Shown here: piece after piece, positions 12,844 to 25,680 of the stretch
Layout: every line of letters begins with the position of its first letter
How positions within the stretch are numbered: position 1 is the first letter of the stretch
Assembly (NCBI RefSeq): GCF_964355755.1
Contig: NC_092673.1
Span: forward strand, 26,471,648 to 26,535,647
Origin: Antedon mediterranea
Taxonomy: Eukaryota > Animalia > Echinodermata
Reading direction: 5' to 3'
DNA: 64,000 nt
Notes under the pieces: model-generated
Told to the model about the DNA's origin: nothing
The model's input: only the letters and a program-made list of their open reading frames with translations
Databases searched by the model: none
Program-made: the position numbers and the translations under genes

Positions 12844-15593
12844 ATGGAACCAAGAGTGTGGTTTGCGCACTTCTGGGGAGTGACGAAGTTTCTGGTTATT
12901 TGCGCGTTTTACGCTCATGTGGTCAATGGCGATCATTCACCATTTACACGCTATTATAAACCCGGCGACTTCATTTTAGGTGGATTATTTTCCTTTTACC
13001 GGGAGGTAAATGGAACGTGTAGTGCGTTAAATACACTACGGCATACCTTCGGCAGAATAGAAGCTATGATTTACGCGATTGAGAAAATCAATAATGACTC
13101 AAATATTCTGCAAAATGTAACACTGGGCTACTCGATTTATGACGACTGTGGCCAGGAATCCTTTGGACTGGCTTCATCATTACATATGTTAGGACTTCAC
13201 GATACATGTGACGCTCGAACGAATGAGCCACCTATCGTTGGGATAATAGGACCAGAGTACACCAAAGTTACAATAGCGGCTAATCATTTGTTCAGTTTTT
13301 ACGAAGTTCCTCATATAAGCGCGTCAGCTTCGAGTGACGAGTTAAGTGACAGGACCCGATTTCCGTACTTCTCTCGTCTCGTGCCGTCTGATAATTTTCA
13401 AATTGGCGCTATAATTGATATCATTGAGCATTTTAAGTGGAAATACGTGTCGGCAGTCTATTCCAATGAAGATTATGGCGAGCATGGGATTGGCGAGCTT
13501 ATAGACAGATCTCTTAAAAACGATAAATTTTGTCTTGGAGCAACTGTTGCCATTTCAGAGTCTGCCACAAGGTCAGAGGTCGATCGTGCAATTCGACAGA
13601 TAAGCAGGAGAGCAGACGTTGAGGTTATAGTCCTGTTCTCTTTACCAGGAATCGCACAAAAGTTTCTTGATGGAATGGCGCGTGCAGATCTTATAGGAAA
13701 ATATACCATGATTTGTAGTGACGCAATAATTGCATTGAGGTCAAATCAAGTATATTTTAACCAGTTGAAAGGAAGTATTCTTATTAACCCATACAGCTCA
13801 CAAAGGCTGCCCTATTTCGACAAGCATATAAACGAAGTTGGCAAAGCTGCCATGGACGATATTAATTCAACCAATAATACGTTCATAAGGGCTCTTGTAA
13901 ACGGGTGTAATGGACAGAATAAAAACAGGAATGAATCAGAAAAAATGTGTGCGGAGTTGAATCAAACGCAATTGACTGATTATAGTCTGCGTACGTGGGC
14001 AGCCATTGTCATTGACGCGGTTAACGTCATTGCGCATGCGCTTAATTCTACGCGTTCGGAAAAGACGGATGGAGTAAATCTTTACAATCAGATTCTTAAT
14101 ACCTCATTCTATGGTGAAAGAGGTTTAATAAAATTCATGGAAAATGGTGACTTTCCTGGTAGCTACATCATCGAGAACATTGTACAAGATGGTGATAAAT
14201 GCACTTCAAGAGTTGTAGGAAGATGGGATACACAAAATGAAACAAGGTTATCTTTTACTGGTGACGTTCAGTGGCCATTTGACCACGATCCAATAGCAAT
14301 ATGCAGCCAGCCGTGTCCAGCAGGTATGGTGATGAAGGAGCATGGGGATAACCCTTTGTGTTGCTGGGAATGTTTTGAGTGTCTTGACTACCAAATTACA
14401 TCTGACAATGGTACGATGTGTTTGGAGTGTCCTGATTTCTACTGGCCCGACACTGCCAGGACGAAGTGTGAACTCGTAGATCCAAAGTTTATGCGGATAG
14501 GCGACCCTGCTGCAGTATTTTTCATATTGTTATCAACACTCGGCTTGATAATCTCAGTGCTTACTTCAGTTGTGTATATCTACCATCGAAATCACACCCT
14601 AATTAAAGCTTCTGGTCGAGAGGTGATGTGTATCATAATGATTGGAGTTGTTCTTTCGTACATCATGGTGTTCTTCTTTGTTTCTGAACCGAAAAATGGA
14701 GTTTGCGGAGTCGCACGAGTTGGCCTCATCATGTCGTTCACATGGACGTATGCACCTCTTCTTGTAAAGGTGTTTAGAATCAATCGCATTTTTCATTCAG
14801 CTCAGAAGTCACCACAGAAACCTAAATACATTGAAACATCTTACCAGATTTTGTTTTCCATTTTTCTAATCAGTTTTCAGGTAAGTTCGTACTTATTACC
14901 GTCCGTTAGGGATCTATGTTTTAGATGCTGCGACGCCTGAAAACAATTTTGTTACGTCATAACCTAAAAATTCATGAATGTATACAGTAATTTCAGAAAG
15001 ATAAAATAACATATTTTCATAATATAGTACCTTAAAGATACTTTTTTTTATTTTTTTTGTAGTTGGTTATAAGTATAATGTGGATAACTATTAAAGAACC
15101 GGCGGCCGTGAAAGAAAATCCCGTACTATATCAACGTGAAGTAACTCTTCGTTGCAACTTTCAACAAGTAGAAATAATTACGTCATCAATCTACAACATC
15201 ATTTTGATTGGTCTGTGTTGCTACTACGCTATCAGAACTCGCAAACTACCCGATAACTTTAAAGAAACAAAGTTCATAGGTGTAAGCGTTTACATCACCC
15301 TGTCTATCTTCGTCGTGTTCATCCCGTCATATTTCGTAGTGACGGAACCGGTAACGCGTAGTGCAATTCTATGCGGTGCTGTCGTTGGCAACGCGTCAAC
15401 TACGCTCGTTTGCTTATTCCTGTCAAAGTTATACGCTGTATATTTTATTGTGGATAGGAATTTGCCGAGTAAGCGCACGTCGAGCATTCCGATTGCACAC
15501 AGCAGTAACACTCCCGTAACTACTGTGGAAAACAGTAGCAATCGGGAGCAAATGTTTGCGGACGTGTCTACAGACAACGTCTCCGTCATGTGA
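12844..15593 (+). CDS. Metabotropic glutamate receptor-like class C GPCR, ~855 aa. Exons 12844-14880 and 15063-15593
   Basis: Signal peptide (MEPRVW...VVNG), Venus flytrap domain (GDFILGGLF, RIEAMIYAIEKINND, LGYSIYDDC, LSDRTRFPYFSRLVPSD), nine-Cys domain (CSQPC...CCWECFEC), 7TM (IKASGRE, KVFRINRIF, TRKLPDNFKETKFIG). Phase-0 intron cag|gtaagt...ttttgtag|. Confidence 0.93.
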
Positions 15594-15842
15594 CCACTAA
15601 TAAACTTTTAAGTAATAATTTCGTTAAAATCGCCTACATTCCAGCCTAATAAAAGCGTATAATATACAACAGATATCGCTTATCTGCAATTATGTTATGT
15701 ATATATAATAATATTATTAGATCTAAAGGCAAATTACTGAAAAAAATGACAATGCTGTGGGTATCAGTGGCTGGATCTCAATGGAGATACAAAAAAAAAG
15801 CGAAAAGCTAAATCAAAACGATAAAGTAAACAGTCAGAAAAG

Positions 15843-15884
15843 TTAGCAGAGCTTTCGGGCAACACTAGCCCTTCATCAGTGCAA
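15843..15884 (-). ncRNA. Minimal type I hammerhead ribozyme in the Penelope 3' region
   Basis: Minus strand TTGCA-CTGATGA-A-GGGC-TAGTGTT-GCCC-GAA-AGCT-C-TGCTAA: conserved core CUGAUGA and GAAA, stem II GGGC/GCCC, palindromic stem III AGCU, stem I UUGCA/UGC(U)AA. Confidence 0.85.
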
Positions 15885-16117
15885 GTGAGGGAATTTGGAT
15901 AAAGTCATAGCATACGAGTTGGCAAGTGCTGCCTGGGTAGGAATAAAAGAAATATAACAATAGAAACAGCGTGTTGAATAGTGGGTGGAGACTGAATAAG
16001 AGTAGAAAACAAAGAAGGTAGCTTGGTAGAGATTTAAACAATTTTGGAATGGAACGAAAAAAAGCTAAAATGGTGGTTAATATTGAAACTTAAATTTTGG
16101 TAGTCAATGGAATAATT

Positions 16118-16748
16118 TTACCGATCTGGGAGTATGTTCCTAATATTAAGTCCAAAAGGTTTTGTGGTTTTAAGTAGTAATTCCCAGTGGTTTTCTTTGT
16201 CTTTGCGAGTTTTGTCGCTCCATTTGACATCGTGGTCTATTGCAATAACTCTGAAATTTGCAATCGAGTGACCAGCTGAATTAAAATGTTCGGCTACAGG
16301 TTGATCAAGCTTTAATGTTTTGATAGCTGATCTATGTTGTGTCATTCTCATACGGAGAGTGTTTTTTGTTTCTCCGACGTACTGTTTGCCACAAATATTA
16401 CAGTATACGAGATAAATGACGTTTTTGGTTAGACAATTAATTGACTGTCTTATCCGAAAAATGCGGCCAGTTTGGTTACTCTCAAATTTTTCAGTAGAAT
16501 CAACCAATGAACAAGTTTTGCAAGATTTGTCGCAAAGGTGACTGCCCAAATTTTGGCTGTCATGGGAGTTAATTTCACTCTTAAATTTGGATCTGACTAA
16601 TATATCACGAAGGTTGGGAGGTCTACGAAATGCAATAATGGGTGGTTCCGGAAAAACAGTCCTGAGACGTTCTGTGGACTGTAGAATGGGCATATGTTTC
16701 TCAATAATAGCCCGTAATGGAGGCAACCTAGGGTGGTAGGTTGTGACC
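16118..16748 (-). CDS. Penelope ORF C-terminal fragment: RT C-terminal region/linker plus GIY-YIG endonuclease (no true start codon)
   Basis: VTTYHP...PIIAFRRPPNLRDILV, CDKSCKTC, NVIYLVYCNICGKQYVGET...RMTQHRS, PVAEHFN, E-x-HW...PFGLN: hallmark motifs of Penelope GIY-YIG domains. Confidence 0.88.
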
Positions 16749-16804
16749 AATAATATTATTAGACATAGATATACTTTATTGTCACAAGATACTGTAAATA
16801 TAAC

Positions 16805-16982
16805 ATTGTAAGATTCGGCTCCCCGTTACAATCGAATTAAAATTGTAAGATTCGGCTACCCGTTACAATCGAATTAAAATTGTACGATTCGGCTCTCCGT
16901 TACAATCGAATTAAAATTGTAAAATTTGGCTCCCCGTTACAATCGAATTAAAGCTCAGCTCCCCATTACAATAATCGAATTC
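16805..16982. repeat. 37-bp minisatellite (tgtaagattcggctccccgttacaatcgaattaaaat x ~4.5)
   Basis: Directly visible. Confidence 0.85.
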
Positions 16983-17419
16983 ATCATACAGAATAAGCAT
17001 AGGCCAAAAAAGGGTACAATATCAAAAAGTTAAAAAATATATCACAATAAGGCCTAATGCTTAAAATAGATAAGAATAAGAATAGATATATTGTTTGAAA
17101 TATCATTAGTAAGAATTTTAGAGGAACTTATTTTATTTAAATTTTAAATGCTACATACATTTTAAAAATTAAATAATAAAAATATTTGTATTGCTTATAC
17201 TTTATCATTACGATATTTTATAGGCCATATTGTTATTACGGCTGAAATGTTAGATATATGCTCTATTTAATTATATATTATTTATAAATGTTATTTATAT
17301 ATATATAGAAAAGAAATTGATTCAAAAAATGTTAAGATTTTTTTTAAATTTTCTTTTTTTGCAATTTGATAAATCCAAAAACAATGTAGAGTGCGCCGCC
17401 TATAATTTCTCTATTAAAT

Positions 17420-17572
17420 TCCTTTATGTGACCAAAACAATGTGATATGCCCATATATGGACATGATGATGTCATATCACTATCATAATTATGTGGGCAT
17501 ATCACTAGGCCTACTATATTTGGACACATCAAACTTTTTTGTCACATAAAGTTTTGATAGTGTGGACAGAGC
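17420..17572. mobile_element. MITE family A copy (left TIR eroded)
   Basis: tgtgatatgcccatatatggacatgatgatgtcatatcact...tttgatagtgtggacagagct. Confidence 0.7.
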
Positions 17573-19068
17573 TAGAGCTTAAAGTCCAGCATAGTGTGAA
17601 TAATGCAGCTTTAATCTAATATTAATCTAGCCATTAATCGAAACGTGACAATAATATACCTGTACATGTTTAAATTGCTTCTCGTTCTTCTCGTTGATTT
17701 TGTACAATACATCTTGTCTGATTATTTCAACATTTCGTATAAAAAAAAACACTTTTTAGTGACAAATTGTATTATACCTTATGGCATCTCCGTAACCATA
17801 CATAACCTTGTAGAGAGAATTGAAGAATAGCTTATTGCGTGTCCTCAGAAGATTAACTAACATTTGCTTTAGTAGAAATACATCAACCACAATACAAGAA
17901 GATATGAAGTAAAGTTATATTTTTTTTTTGTTGCATTTGCTTTGTTTTATCGAAGCCGCTTATTGTTTCATACTTAACTTGGACGCAGTGCAATCGCGTG
18001 CGCCCAGCGTGTGACCAATCAAGTAACAGTTCAGACAATCCTTCGCTTCTGATTGGCCAGATTGCCTGCGTCGGGTGTATGTAATGGATGTTCAATTCGC
18101 TGTGCCCAAGTGTGAACCAAGCTTAAACATATTCAAGCTGACCATTATGAGCATCTGTTCCCATATAGGAAGAAGGCTTAACAATAGTTTATTATTTCAA
18201 TAATTATGTCGGGTTGGTGTTTAGAGTAATTATCAACACTAATAAAGCGAATTACGTCACATTGATAGGTTTGGCCAAGGTAAAACGTGGGTAATACACA
18301 TATTGAAAACACCAAATAGTCCCACATTCTGGTAAACGGCATGACTCCTCGATTTTATAGGCCTACTGCATCTATTTTAGTTGAAATTTGAACATAGCCG
18401 TTTACTTCTTGTACTTCTACGGGACGCAAACTTATTCTCACATGTTTAAATTCTTTTGTTACTCTTTTGCTAATGCTTGGTTCTCACTAGAAATAGACAT
18501 TTATCCAATCACCATGGAGCATTCGTGCTGTCGTTGTTGTGATTGGTCGACCACTTGCGTTGCGGTTGCGCGTATACCATTACATAGACTCAAGTTTTAA
18601 TTATTGTCTCAGTTTTATTTATTCATAGAGATAAGATTATTCGTATGAAACGCAATAAGTGCCAAAATATTTATCTTTTAATTCGAAATACGGTCTAAAT
18701 AACTAGCCATTACGATGAACCATTAAGCTTTAGCAATAAGCTTATTTATGAGTGAATTAATACTAAATGCTAAATAACTACAACGTACTGTTACACTGAA
18801 AGCCTCAAGATAAGCAAGGTAGGCCTACTAAATAATAAATCGGTGTTATATAAATGTCATTGACAATCTGAAACACAAGAAACATTACAATGTTTTAAAT
18901 GAATGCGTACACGAGTTGATTGCATCATATTTTTTTTAGTCATTTATATGTTTATTCACAATTCACAATTACAATTTTACAACAACACCCAACAGTACAC
19001 ATGAAGATTATTATTTAAATGCATCTACAAGTAGTCCTACATAGATACAGCATTTATAACCACTCTTA

Positions 19069-19306
19069 AGCGTGGTTCCCACTAGCAACGCAACGCAGCG
19101 ACGTATCGACGCAAAGTGCTGTATTGCGTAATCATAAAGCGTGGTTCCCACTAGTGACGCAACACGTACAAGGACGTAACGCAACGCAAGTGAATTGACC
19201 AATCACAAGCGATGGCTTATTCGCTGTCTATAACTTCGCTTGTCATTGGTTAAAACGCTTGCGTTGCGTTTACGTCCTTGCGTTAGGTTCTAGTGGGAAC
19301 CAAGCT
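19069..19306. mobile_element. MITE family B copy with duplicated left arm; a further right TIR lies at ~19418-19434
   Basis: agcgtggttcccactag occurs twice (19069, 19138); ends ctagtgggaaccaagct. Confidence 0.75.
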
Positions 19307-20683
19307 TTAGTGCGAACTGACGCAATAGTGCTGCAAACATCGTAGGTTTAATTTCACGTAGGCGGGGGAAACACAATTATTAGAAGGGCATTTGCTTACA
19401 TTGCGTAGATGGCGTCGCTAGTGGGAACCAAGCTTAAACAGCGATTGACATTTTTACTGAAACTGAAAATAGGCGTCCTATATGTTAATTGTTTGATATA
19501 TATAAATCGACAAAAGTTCATTATTTTTTTTTTCGTATAACCTAGTTCTGTACCAAAAGATTGAACGGTTATATTTGAATTTTTTGTGGATTAGTCTCAA
19601 TTTTAGACACTAATTTTTACAAATGGAAAAAAATCATATAATGAGACAACCAATTTTTTCAAATGTCGTACCGTACGAAAGAAACTGACACGCTAAATCC
19701 AATGATTATATAGCTCATGCAGATTGTAATATGTTGCTTATTCGGTTGCTAATCCAATTTGTAATTGCGCGCGTCTTGTGTGTCTTGTGCGTGTTTTACG
19801 TCATCAATCGCCGAAACGATGTGCAGATCGTCCACTGAGAGCGGAGCGGAGCAAATATTTTTTTGTTTTTTAAAATTACAAAAACAGAATTCAGAAACAG
19901 GTCAATATTGGATTGATATACAGTCTGTTACTGGGAAATATATTTACCTTATACAGTGATTTACTATTTTTTTTCTAGACGTGTTTTGCTCTGAAATAAT
20001 GATTTAAATTAAAGCTGACAAAAAGATGCGGTGCGTGTACTTATATATTGCATTTATAAATCTATAAATCCTGTAAGCCATTATCGTAACTCATGCCGCA
20101 TTGATATATCTTTTTTTTCACGCACCTTTAATTTTCGCGACATTAAATTTGCGCGAAAATTGGTTGTGTTTAAATAACTGTCTACAATGGAGATTTAATC
20201 AAATAATTTAAATTACTGTACTCGCAAAAGAATTTTATCCCCGACATCATTTCGATAAGACGGCATCCTTATTATTTATAATACTTACGGCGGTACAATA
20301 GCACATACACCTTTGATTTGAATTAATTTTGTAAAGAAATATATCTATTATAATTATATTAAAATGTTACGTTTGACGCTCAATATTGATAGGGCCTTTA
20401 GCTGGCTTTCAAAGAAACAAATTGTGTCAGTAACAACAAGTAATAAATATACATATTAAGCGTCGGCTGATTTCTATTGCTAACGGATTTTCTTTACAGA
20501 ATACAATATCACATTGTATAAATACGATTTGCATATAAATAGATTCACAACGTGATATCACCACAACAAATTATTTTACTTAGTTATACTGGCCTTGCTT
20601 TTTATTTTTTGTTATCGAAATTAATTTTCAATGGTTCGTGGATTGAATTTATTGTGTAATATAAGCCAAAGTATGTCAATCAA

Positions 20684-21359
20684 TCTTGGTTCCATGCACC
20701 GATTGACCCAACGCAACGACGTGTATGCGCAATGCCAAGCTGGGTCCCACCACTAGCACGCAACGCAAGTATGTAAGCGCGACGCAAGTAAAGTAAAGCT
20801 CGCTCCCACTAGGACGCAACGCAAAGATGTAAGTGCAAGGCAAGGCAAGTAAAGCTGACTCCCACCAGGACGAAACGCAAGGTTGTAAGCGCAACGCAAG
20901 TAAAGCTTTCTACCACTAGAACGCAATGCAAGCAAAGTGTAAAGATGGCTCCCACTAGGACGCAACGCAAGGATGTAAGCACAACGCAATTAAAGCTGGC
21001 TCCTACTAGGACGCAACGCAAGGAGGATGTAAGCGTGACGCAAGTAAAGCTGGCTCCCACTTGGACGTAACTCAAGGATGTAAACGCGACGCAAGTAAAG
21101 CTGGCTCCCACTCTAGGACGCAACACAAGGATGTAAGCGTGACGCATGTAAAGCTGGCTCCCACCACTCTAGGACGCAACGGAAGGATGTAAGCGCGTGC
21201 AACGCATGCAAAGCTGGCTTCCACTCTAGGACGCAACGTAAGGATGTAAGCGCAACGCAGGCTAGTTGAACAATGACAAGCGACAGTTAATAATTATAAT
21301 CAATCGCTTTGGTCAAATCACTTGCTTACGTTGTGTCTGATCCTAGTAGAACCAAGCTT
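20684..21359. repeat. Tandem array (~11-12 x ~47-55 bp) of the MITE-B left arm, closed by the MITE centre and right TIR
   Basis: Unit aaagctggctcccactaggacgcaacgcaaggatgtaagcgcgacgcaagt; ends ...caatgacaagcga...ttggtcaa...ctagtagaaccaagct. Confidence 0.8.
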
Positions 21360-21859
21360 TACGGTTTGTTTGTTTGTTTTTATTGACTTCCACACACAGT
21401 AGTTGACCAATCACAAGCATGATCAGCAATTGCGTTGCGGTTACGTCATTGTATTGCGTTCTAGTAGAAACCAAAAAGATCGAATACAGCAAGGGGCCTC
21501 CTCCTCAAGGACTATCGTTTCCAGAAGAACTAAATTTATTTCTTCAAATATGAAATCATTTAATAGGGGAGTACAATTAGTCTTAGATAATAATGTCGCT
21601 TTTTAAGCTCCCTTGGTGGTTATACAGCAGATTAGTAAAATTAACGTTGATGTTGGTAACTATTCATCCGTACAATAACTAATTCCTCGTCTGTCATAAT
21701 AACTTGAATGCCGTCCATTTGTTTTCTGCACGTGATTTATAGCTTCACATACACCATACTTCATTTAATAACATATAAAACAAAATGTGTAAAACATTCA
21801 GATAAGCAACTTTAAATGCGTGTATACACGTACCACAAATAAATGGGTATGTGTGATCG

Positions 21860-24110
21860 TAGAAAACACAATTGAGTATCGTGAGGTATTTAGCGCAATG
21901 GGTATAGTCGGGCACGTAGAAAATTGGGTATAGTCATGCACGTAGACAATTGGGTATAGTCGTGTACGCGTAGTGCAATTGGGTATAGTCGTGTACGCGT
22001 ACAGAAAATTGGGTATAGTCACGTGCGCAATTATTGAGTATAGCCACGTATAAAACAATTGAGTATAGTCGTATACACGTAGAGCATCTGGGTATAGTCG
22101 TATACACGTAAAGCATCTGGGTATAGTCGTATACATGTAGAGCATCTGGGTATTGTCGTATACAAATACACGTAGAGCATCTGGGTATAGTCGTATACAC
22201 GTAGAGCATCTGGGTATAGTCGTATACACGTAGAGCATCTGGGTATTGTCGTATACACGTAAAGCATCTGGGTATAGTCGTATACAAATACACGTAGAGC
22301 ATCTGGGTATAGTCGTATATACGTAGAGCATCTGGGTATAGTCGTATACACGTAGAGCATCTGGGTATAGTCGTATACACGTAGAGCATCTGGGTATAGT
22401 CGTATACACGTAGAGCATCTGGGTATAGTCGTATACACGTAGAGCATCTGGGTATAGTCGTATACACGTAAAGCATCTGGGTATAGTCGTATACACGTAG
22501 AACATCTGGGTATAGTCGTATACATGTAGAGCATCTGGGTATAGTCGTATACACGTAGAGCATCTGGGTATAGTCGTATACACGTAGAGCATCTGGGTAT
22601 AGTCGTATACACGTAAAGCATCTGGGTATAGTCGTATACACGTAGAGCATCTGGGTATAGTCGTATACACGTAGAGCATCTGGGTATTGTCGTATACACG
22701 TAGAGCATCTGGGTATAGTCGTATACACGTAGAGCATCTGGGTATAGTCGTATACACGTAGAGCATCTGGGTATAGTCGTATACACGTAGAGCATCTGGG
22801 TATAGTCGTATACACGTAAAGCATCTGGGTATAGTCGTATACACGTAAAGCATCTGGGTATAGTCGTATACACGTAGAGCATCTGGGTATAGTCGTATAC
22901 ACGTAGAGCATCTGGGTATAGTCGTATACACGTAAAGCATCTGGGTATAGTCGTATACACGTAAAGCATCTGGGTATAGTCGTATACATGTAGAGCATCT
23001 GGGTATAGTCGTATACACGTAGAGCATCTTGGTATAGTCGTATACACGTAGAGCATCTGGGTATAGTCGTATACACGTAAAGCATCTGGGTATAGTCGTA
23101 TACACGTAGAGCATCTGGGTATAGTCGTATACACGTAGAGCATCTGGGTATAGTCGTATACACGTAAAGCATCTGGGTATAGTCGTATACACGTAAAGCA
23201 TCTGGGTATAGTCGTATACACGTAGAGCATCTGGGTATAGTCGTATACACGTAAAGCATCTGGGTATAGTCGTATACACGTAAAGCATCTGGGTATAGTC
23301 GTATACATGTAGAGCATCTGGGTATAGTCGTATACACGTAAAGCATCTGGGTATAGTCGTATACACGTAAAGCATCTGGGTATAGTCGTATACATGTAGA
23401 ACATCTGGGTATAGTCGTATACATGTAGAGCATCTGGTTATAGTCGTATACACGTAGAGCATCTGGGTATAGTCGTATACACGTAGAGCATCTGGGTATA
23501 GTCGTATACACGTAAAGCATCTGGGTATAGTCGTATACACGTAAAGCATCTGGGTATAGTCGTATACATGTAGAACATCTGGGTATAGTCGTATACATGT
23601 AGAGCATCTGGTTATAGTCGTATACACGTAGAGCATCTGGGTATAGTCGTATACACGTAGAGCATCTGGGTATAGTCGTATACACGTAAAGCATCTGGGT
23701 ATAGTCGTATACACGTAGAACATCTGGGTATAGTCGTATACACGTAGAACATCTGGGTATAGTCGTATACACGTAGAGCATCTGGGTATAGTCGTATACA
23801 TGTAGAGCATCTGGGTATAGTCGTATATACGTAGAGCATCTGGGTATAGTCGTATACACGTAGAACATCTGGTTATAGTCGTATACACGTAAAGCATCTG
23901 GGTATAGTCGTATACACGTAAAGCATCTGGGTATAGTCGTATACATGTAGAGCATCTGGGTATAGTCGTATACATGTAGAGCATCTGGTTATAGTCGTAT
24001 ACACGTAGAGCATCTGGGTATAGTCATATACACGTAGAGCATCTGGGTATCGTCGTGTACACGTAGAGAACATTTGGGTGGTAGAGCACAATTGTGTATA
24101 GTCGTGTCTG
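21860..24110. repeat. 29-bp satellite (gggtatagtcgtatacacgtagagcatct), ~68 homogeneous copies 22060-24070 with degenerate flanks
   Basis: Directly visible; explains the long minus-strand pseudo-ORFs. Confidence 0.97.
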
Positions 24111-25039
24111 AAAATTGTGAGTATTATACGTATGAAACGCCATATGTGCCAAAATATTTATCTTTACTCATTACGTGCTAGAACCTAGTCTAAGTCGTGT
24201 ACATTATGTACTGTAGTTTGTCTAATCTGAAAATTCATAAGTCGAATACTAAGTGGTTGTTGCGGACAATAATTACTACATTATCTTTCCTACTTTCCAT
24301 GTTCTGTATAATGTAACTTTCCCAATCGGATTTGTGGCAAACTTAATCTGTGTCTTTTACGTGACGTAAGCACAGCAATATATCATTCCGGAATTGATAT
24401 AGTCACGTATTTTATCTTGTGATATGACTTATAATATTGTAATTGTCGCGTTTGATTAGTTCGTGGCACGTTAATTGCGCAAACCTTTAGGTATGGTGCA
24501 TTTTGTACAGATTATTATGTTAAAATTATAGAAAACCCTTTTACACTAAAAATTAAACGGAAATTGTACATAAATAATGGTCTACTAAATGGCATGTAGT
24601 TTAGATACGTTTATGTGCTCTATTATTGCTTTGATAAATGCGTTCCTCTTTTAATTGCGTTCATGTTGCCATTAATGCGTTTGCACCAAAAAAAGTAATG
24701 AATTCATCACAGCACTACTGTACCTTTGCCGTAGAGCAATTGGCTTCACTGATCCCAACTTACTTTACATAAATACATACATCAATTTACTGCAAATGCT
24801 AGACTGTTTAATTATTTTAGACAGTTGTTCAATTAAAGAATCTGTCCACGATCTTGTACCGCCGAACACAAATTAACGGCAATCTTTTACAAATTTAAAG
24901 GTTGAGATGCGGCGTGAGTTGAATGTTTTGTTTTTATGAAAAAGTATATTTATCAAATAGCATATACAAGTAACAATTGAATGTAGAAATGAAACCCGGG
25001 CCTGTGTTGTCGTCTCCCATTGCCCCTTCTCCGCATTTA

Positions 25040-25368
25040 ATCGAGATGGACAAGCGGTTAAGACCACAGAGGCGCCGCAAAACGTGCAATACAGTCAGCA
25101 CAACCTCTCCTCGACCTAGTGAAGAACAAGTCTTCTCGGATACGGAAATTTGGAGGCCAAATCTACCATAGAGATATTGTTCATTATAATATCAATATGA
25201 GTCTACATATCTGGCTCGTGTACAGTGCATCTTTCGGAAGAGTATGGATGGCCCGGTATACAAACAGGTCCATCTCAGTCCCTGTCGTCCATGCGCTGCA
25301 CTGCGCGGCTGCCGTGGGTCCGTATATTGGACCTTAATTGTTGAGGATAATAATAATAATAATAATAA
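25040..25368 (+). mobile_element. Diverged tRNA-derived Deu-type SINE with (TAA)n tail
   Basis: A-box-like TGGACAAGCGGTTAAGAC, core gaacaagtcttctcggata and gtgcatctttcggaagagta...cccggt matching the DeuSINE core, 3' (TAA)7 tail. Confidence 0.6.
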
Positions 25369-25680
25369 GCTTTATTTAATCACGGATACTTAACTCAACT
25401 GAAAGTTGTTTTTCAGTAAGACCGTGTTTAAAGGAAAACACCAACAAAAATAAATGTAAAAAGACCTTAATTACTATCAAAACAGGTAATAATTACTATC
25501 AAAACAGGTAATAAAACAATTACAATGAAATAAAATGAAACAAGGATACACTTACTAACTATAAAATTAAATAATACACTACATTTAAATAAAGCTACAT
25601 GAAATTAGCAGTTAACAGTTTCTTAAAAAGAGAGACAGAGTTCACATTTTTAATATCTTCATGTAGCTCATTCCAAACCT
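25369..25680 (-). mobile_element. 3' end fragment of a CR1/L2-group LINE
   Basis: Minus strand encodes VWNELHEDIKNVNSVSLFKKTV (typical ORF2 C-terminal WN..IK...S...FK motif), followed by a T-rich 3' UTR ending in aataaa, tail-to-tail with the SINE. Confidence 0.55.

Larger units (their letters stand above)
15722..16748 (-). mobile_element. 5'-truncated Penelope-like retroelement (1027 bp) with 15-bp target-site duplication
   Basis: AATAATATTATTAGA at 15707-15721 and 16749-16763. Contains the RT C-terminal/GIY-YIG ORF end and a 3' hammerhead ribozyme. Confidence 0.9.

Noticed and set aside
20676-21147. Three hydrophobic minus-strand ORFs
   Set aside because: Translations of the MITE-arm tandem array.
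22060-24070. CRISPR-like array (29-bp repeats)
   Set aside because: Head-to-tail repeats with no unique spacers, no cas genes, eukaryotic context.
21798-24091. Long overlapping minus-strand ORFs (728, 673, 457 aa)
   Set aside because: Artefacts of a 29-bp satellite whose consensus lacks minus-strand stops; all three frames give the same periodic peptide.
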